A stretch of 64,000 bases of DNA from the NCBI GenBank assembly GCA_964203045.1, contig CAXNKU010000002.1, positions 7,269-71,268 of the forward strand. The letters are read 5' to 3'. Source of the DNA: Gaiellales bacterium. Its GTDB lineage: Bacteria; Actinomycetota; Thermoleophilia; Gaiellales; F1-60-MAGs149. Shown here piece after piece: positions 63,077 through 64,000 of this stretch. Position 1 is the first letter of the stretch. Every line of letters begins with the position of its first letter. The translations under genes were made by a program, and so were the position numbers. The notes beneath the pieces are model-generated. The model had not been told where the DNA came from. It searched no databases and saw only the letters and a list, made by a program, of their open reading frames with translations.

Positions 63077-63092
63077 TGTGGTGAAAGCCACA
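63077..63092. promoter_or_regulatory. CRP/GlxR-like TGTG-N8-CACA site in the divergent coxG / ADH promoter
   Basis: TGTGGTGAAAGCCACA; consensus match only. Confidence 0.45.
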
Positions 63093-63209
63093 TGCTGCTT
63101 CGCGCCCGTTGGCCAGCCCCTCACAGTCGCCGTACGTTGGGATTTTGACCACGACACAAAGTCAACTTCCGGTAGCCTCTCTACGTCCGCGTACGAGGAG
63201 ACCACCGCC

Positions 63210-64000
63210 ATGCTTGAGCCACTCGCCGCTTTCGGCAACTTTCTGCCCATCCGTATTCGCTTCGGTGATGGCGAGATTAGCCGCCTGCCCGAGATTCTCA
63301 AGGATGAGGGTGTCCAGAGCACCGTCGTAATCATCGACCGCGCCGTCTGCGAGCACCACGGAATCGTCGCTGCACTCAACGCCTGTCCCGGCACGATCAC
63401 CACGTGGATCAAGGAGCCCGGCGAGCCGACGACGGACGACGTCGAAGCCAGCGCCGCCGTGCTCGCCGACGTCAAGGCCGACTCGCTGATTGCGATTGGT
63501 GGTGGCTCGGCGATCGACACCGCTAAGGCCGCTCGCCTCGTCTACGGCAGTGGTATCCCCTACTCCGAGTGGACCGCTGGCACGGCGACGTACACCGAGT
63601 CGCCCGTCATGTTCGTCACCATCCCGACGACGTCGGGCACGGGTTCCGAGGTGTCGGGCGGCATCGTCGTGACCGACTCCGCTACGCACCGCAAGACGGG
63701 CATCGCCCACCACACCGTGCGCGCCAAGTACGCACTCGTCGATCCCGAATTGACGTACGGCCTCCCCCCTGCGCCGACGATGTACGCCGGCGTCGATGCC
63801 ATCGCTCAGGCCATCGCTGCCGTCGCTGTGACGGCCCGCTCACCGATCGGCAACGGCATCGCCTTCGAGTCGATCCGCTACGGCATGGAGGCCCTCCCGA
63901 CCGCGATTACCAACGGCTCCGACCCTGGTGCTCGCTCGCGCATGGCCGCCTGCTCGCTGCTCGGTGGCATGTGCATGAACATCGCCGACTGTGGCTCTGA
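63210..64000 (+). CDS. Iron-containing alcohol dehydrogenase (truncated by the window end)
   Basis: Manual translation: IAIGGGSAIDTAK, IPTTSGTGSEV and VDPELTYGLP; GAGGAG RBS upstream. Confidence 0.9.
   Translation, partial: MLEPLAAFGNFLPIRIRFGDGEISRLPEILKDEGVQSTVVIIDRAVCEHHGIVAALNACPGTITTWIKEPGEPTTDDVEASAAVLADVKADSLIAIGGGSAIDTAKAARLVYGSGIPYSEWTAGTATYTESPVMFVTIPTTSGTGSEVSGGIVVTDSATHRKTGIAHHTVRAKYALVDPELTYGLPPAPTMYAGVDAIAQAIAAVAVTARSPIGNGIAFESIRYGMEALPTAITNGSDPGARSRMAACSLLGGMCMNIADCGS

Overview
High-GC, actinobacterial-looking chromosome segment; the gene content suggests Thermoleophilia or a related deep lineage (inference only). It is mostly housekeeping. It carries gltBD, mdh, and a near-complete purine cluster (purA-D-B-C-S-Q, purL-F-M-N-H, purE-K) directly downstream of rpsF-ssb-rplI-dnaB, where rpsR is missing and DnaB has a 427-aa LAGLIDADG intein. 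It also has csoR/copA, argF, two vapBC pairs around a 1-Cys peroxiredoxin, hutI, gluQ, crtIB and coxG-M-S without a large subunit. No rRNA, tRNA, CRISPR array, transposase or integrase was seen. The main unexplained items are: (1) an ECF sigma factor + XRE-HTH protein + ImmA/IrrE protease module at 1417-3185; (2) a dispersed family of fixed-length, loop-less palindromes (GGACA-N20-TGTCC) with interchangeable interiors; (3) a 112-bp two-palindrome element duplicated next to tandem HATPase-GNAT paralogs; (4) an ArgH-like lyase with a His-to-Tyr active-site change; (5) a lipoate-ligase-like gene coupled to csoR; (6) a 3x23-bp repeat over the coxM start. Nine +1 frameshifts in gltB, gltD and copA look like sequencing errors.
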